A stretch of DNA of 64,000 nt, from assembly GCA_964016885.1 (NCBI GenBank), contig OZ024741.1:371256001-371320000 (forward strand). Reading direction: 5' to 3'. The stretch comes from Eledone cirrhosa. Lineage: Eukaryota. This document shows positions 63,521 through 64,000 of this stretch, one piece after another. A model generated the notes under the pieces. It was given only the letters and a program-made list of their open reading frames with translations. It searched no databases and was not told where the DNA came from. How positions within the stretch are numbered: the first letter of the stretch is position 1; each line of letters starts with the position of its first letter. Position numbers and translations under genes: made by a program.

Positions 63521-64000
63521 TATTAATATTAGATTTGATGAATAATTTTCTTAGAAAATGCGGAAAGTATGTAGAGAAAATTATATATTATTTTGTGTGA
63601 GATTATAAGGTATTTTATATTACATGTTTTCAAGGATGAGAATTTCAATTATATATGTATTTGGATATTATCTATATCGAAAGATGTGTGAAAAGTTTGA
63701 AAATTAAAGAGAGGAAAAATATATTATTAGATAACTCAAGAGTGCATTTAGAAAAACTATCGTAAAGAGGATATCTTTCACAATATCAATTAAAAAGTAT
63801 CAATCTAAAAAAATATCAATCTAAAAAAAAATAGATTAAGAAGAGTATCATTAGGAAAAGAATATCATTGGTAAAAATATCAAATTTAAGAAGAAAAAAA
63901 TCATAAAAAAAAAACAAAAAAAACCTCATTAGACAACAGAAGCATTTTAAAGACGTATATGTAGTCAAGTGTAATGAATATTATAGATTAAAAATACTTC

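Overview
AT-rich, repeat-dense animal genomic DNA. The SINE/LINE repertoire and microsatellite load suggest a mollusc, probably an octopus (inference). The only host gene I can support is a + strand spliced mitochondrial methionyl-tRNA formyltransferase (MTFMT): seven GT-AG coding exons from 9464 to 48007 that splice in frame; the 5' exon(s) were not found. Everything else is mobile DNA and simple repeats: RTE-clade LINEs with a PHD finger that sit in (TA)n tracts, R4/Dong-like and CRE-like LINE fragments, tRNA-derived SINEs, piggyBac and Tc1/mariner MITEs, a Helitron and several satellites. The main hidden signal is about 13 minimal type-I hammerhead ribozyme motifs of several sequence families, typical of Penelope-like elements. 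Six of them lie in a tandem/inverted repeat at 61.1-62.9 kb that could release a 421-nt self-cleaved RNA, and several fold-back palindromes turn at what looks like hammerhead stem II. The 3' splice site of the last MTFMT exon is also present in five copies. All calls were made by eye; no alignment, folding or database search was run.
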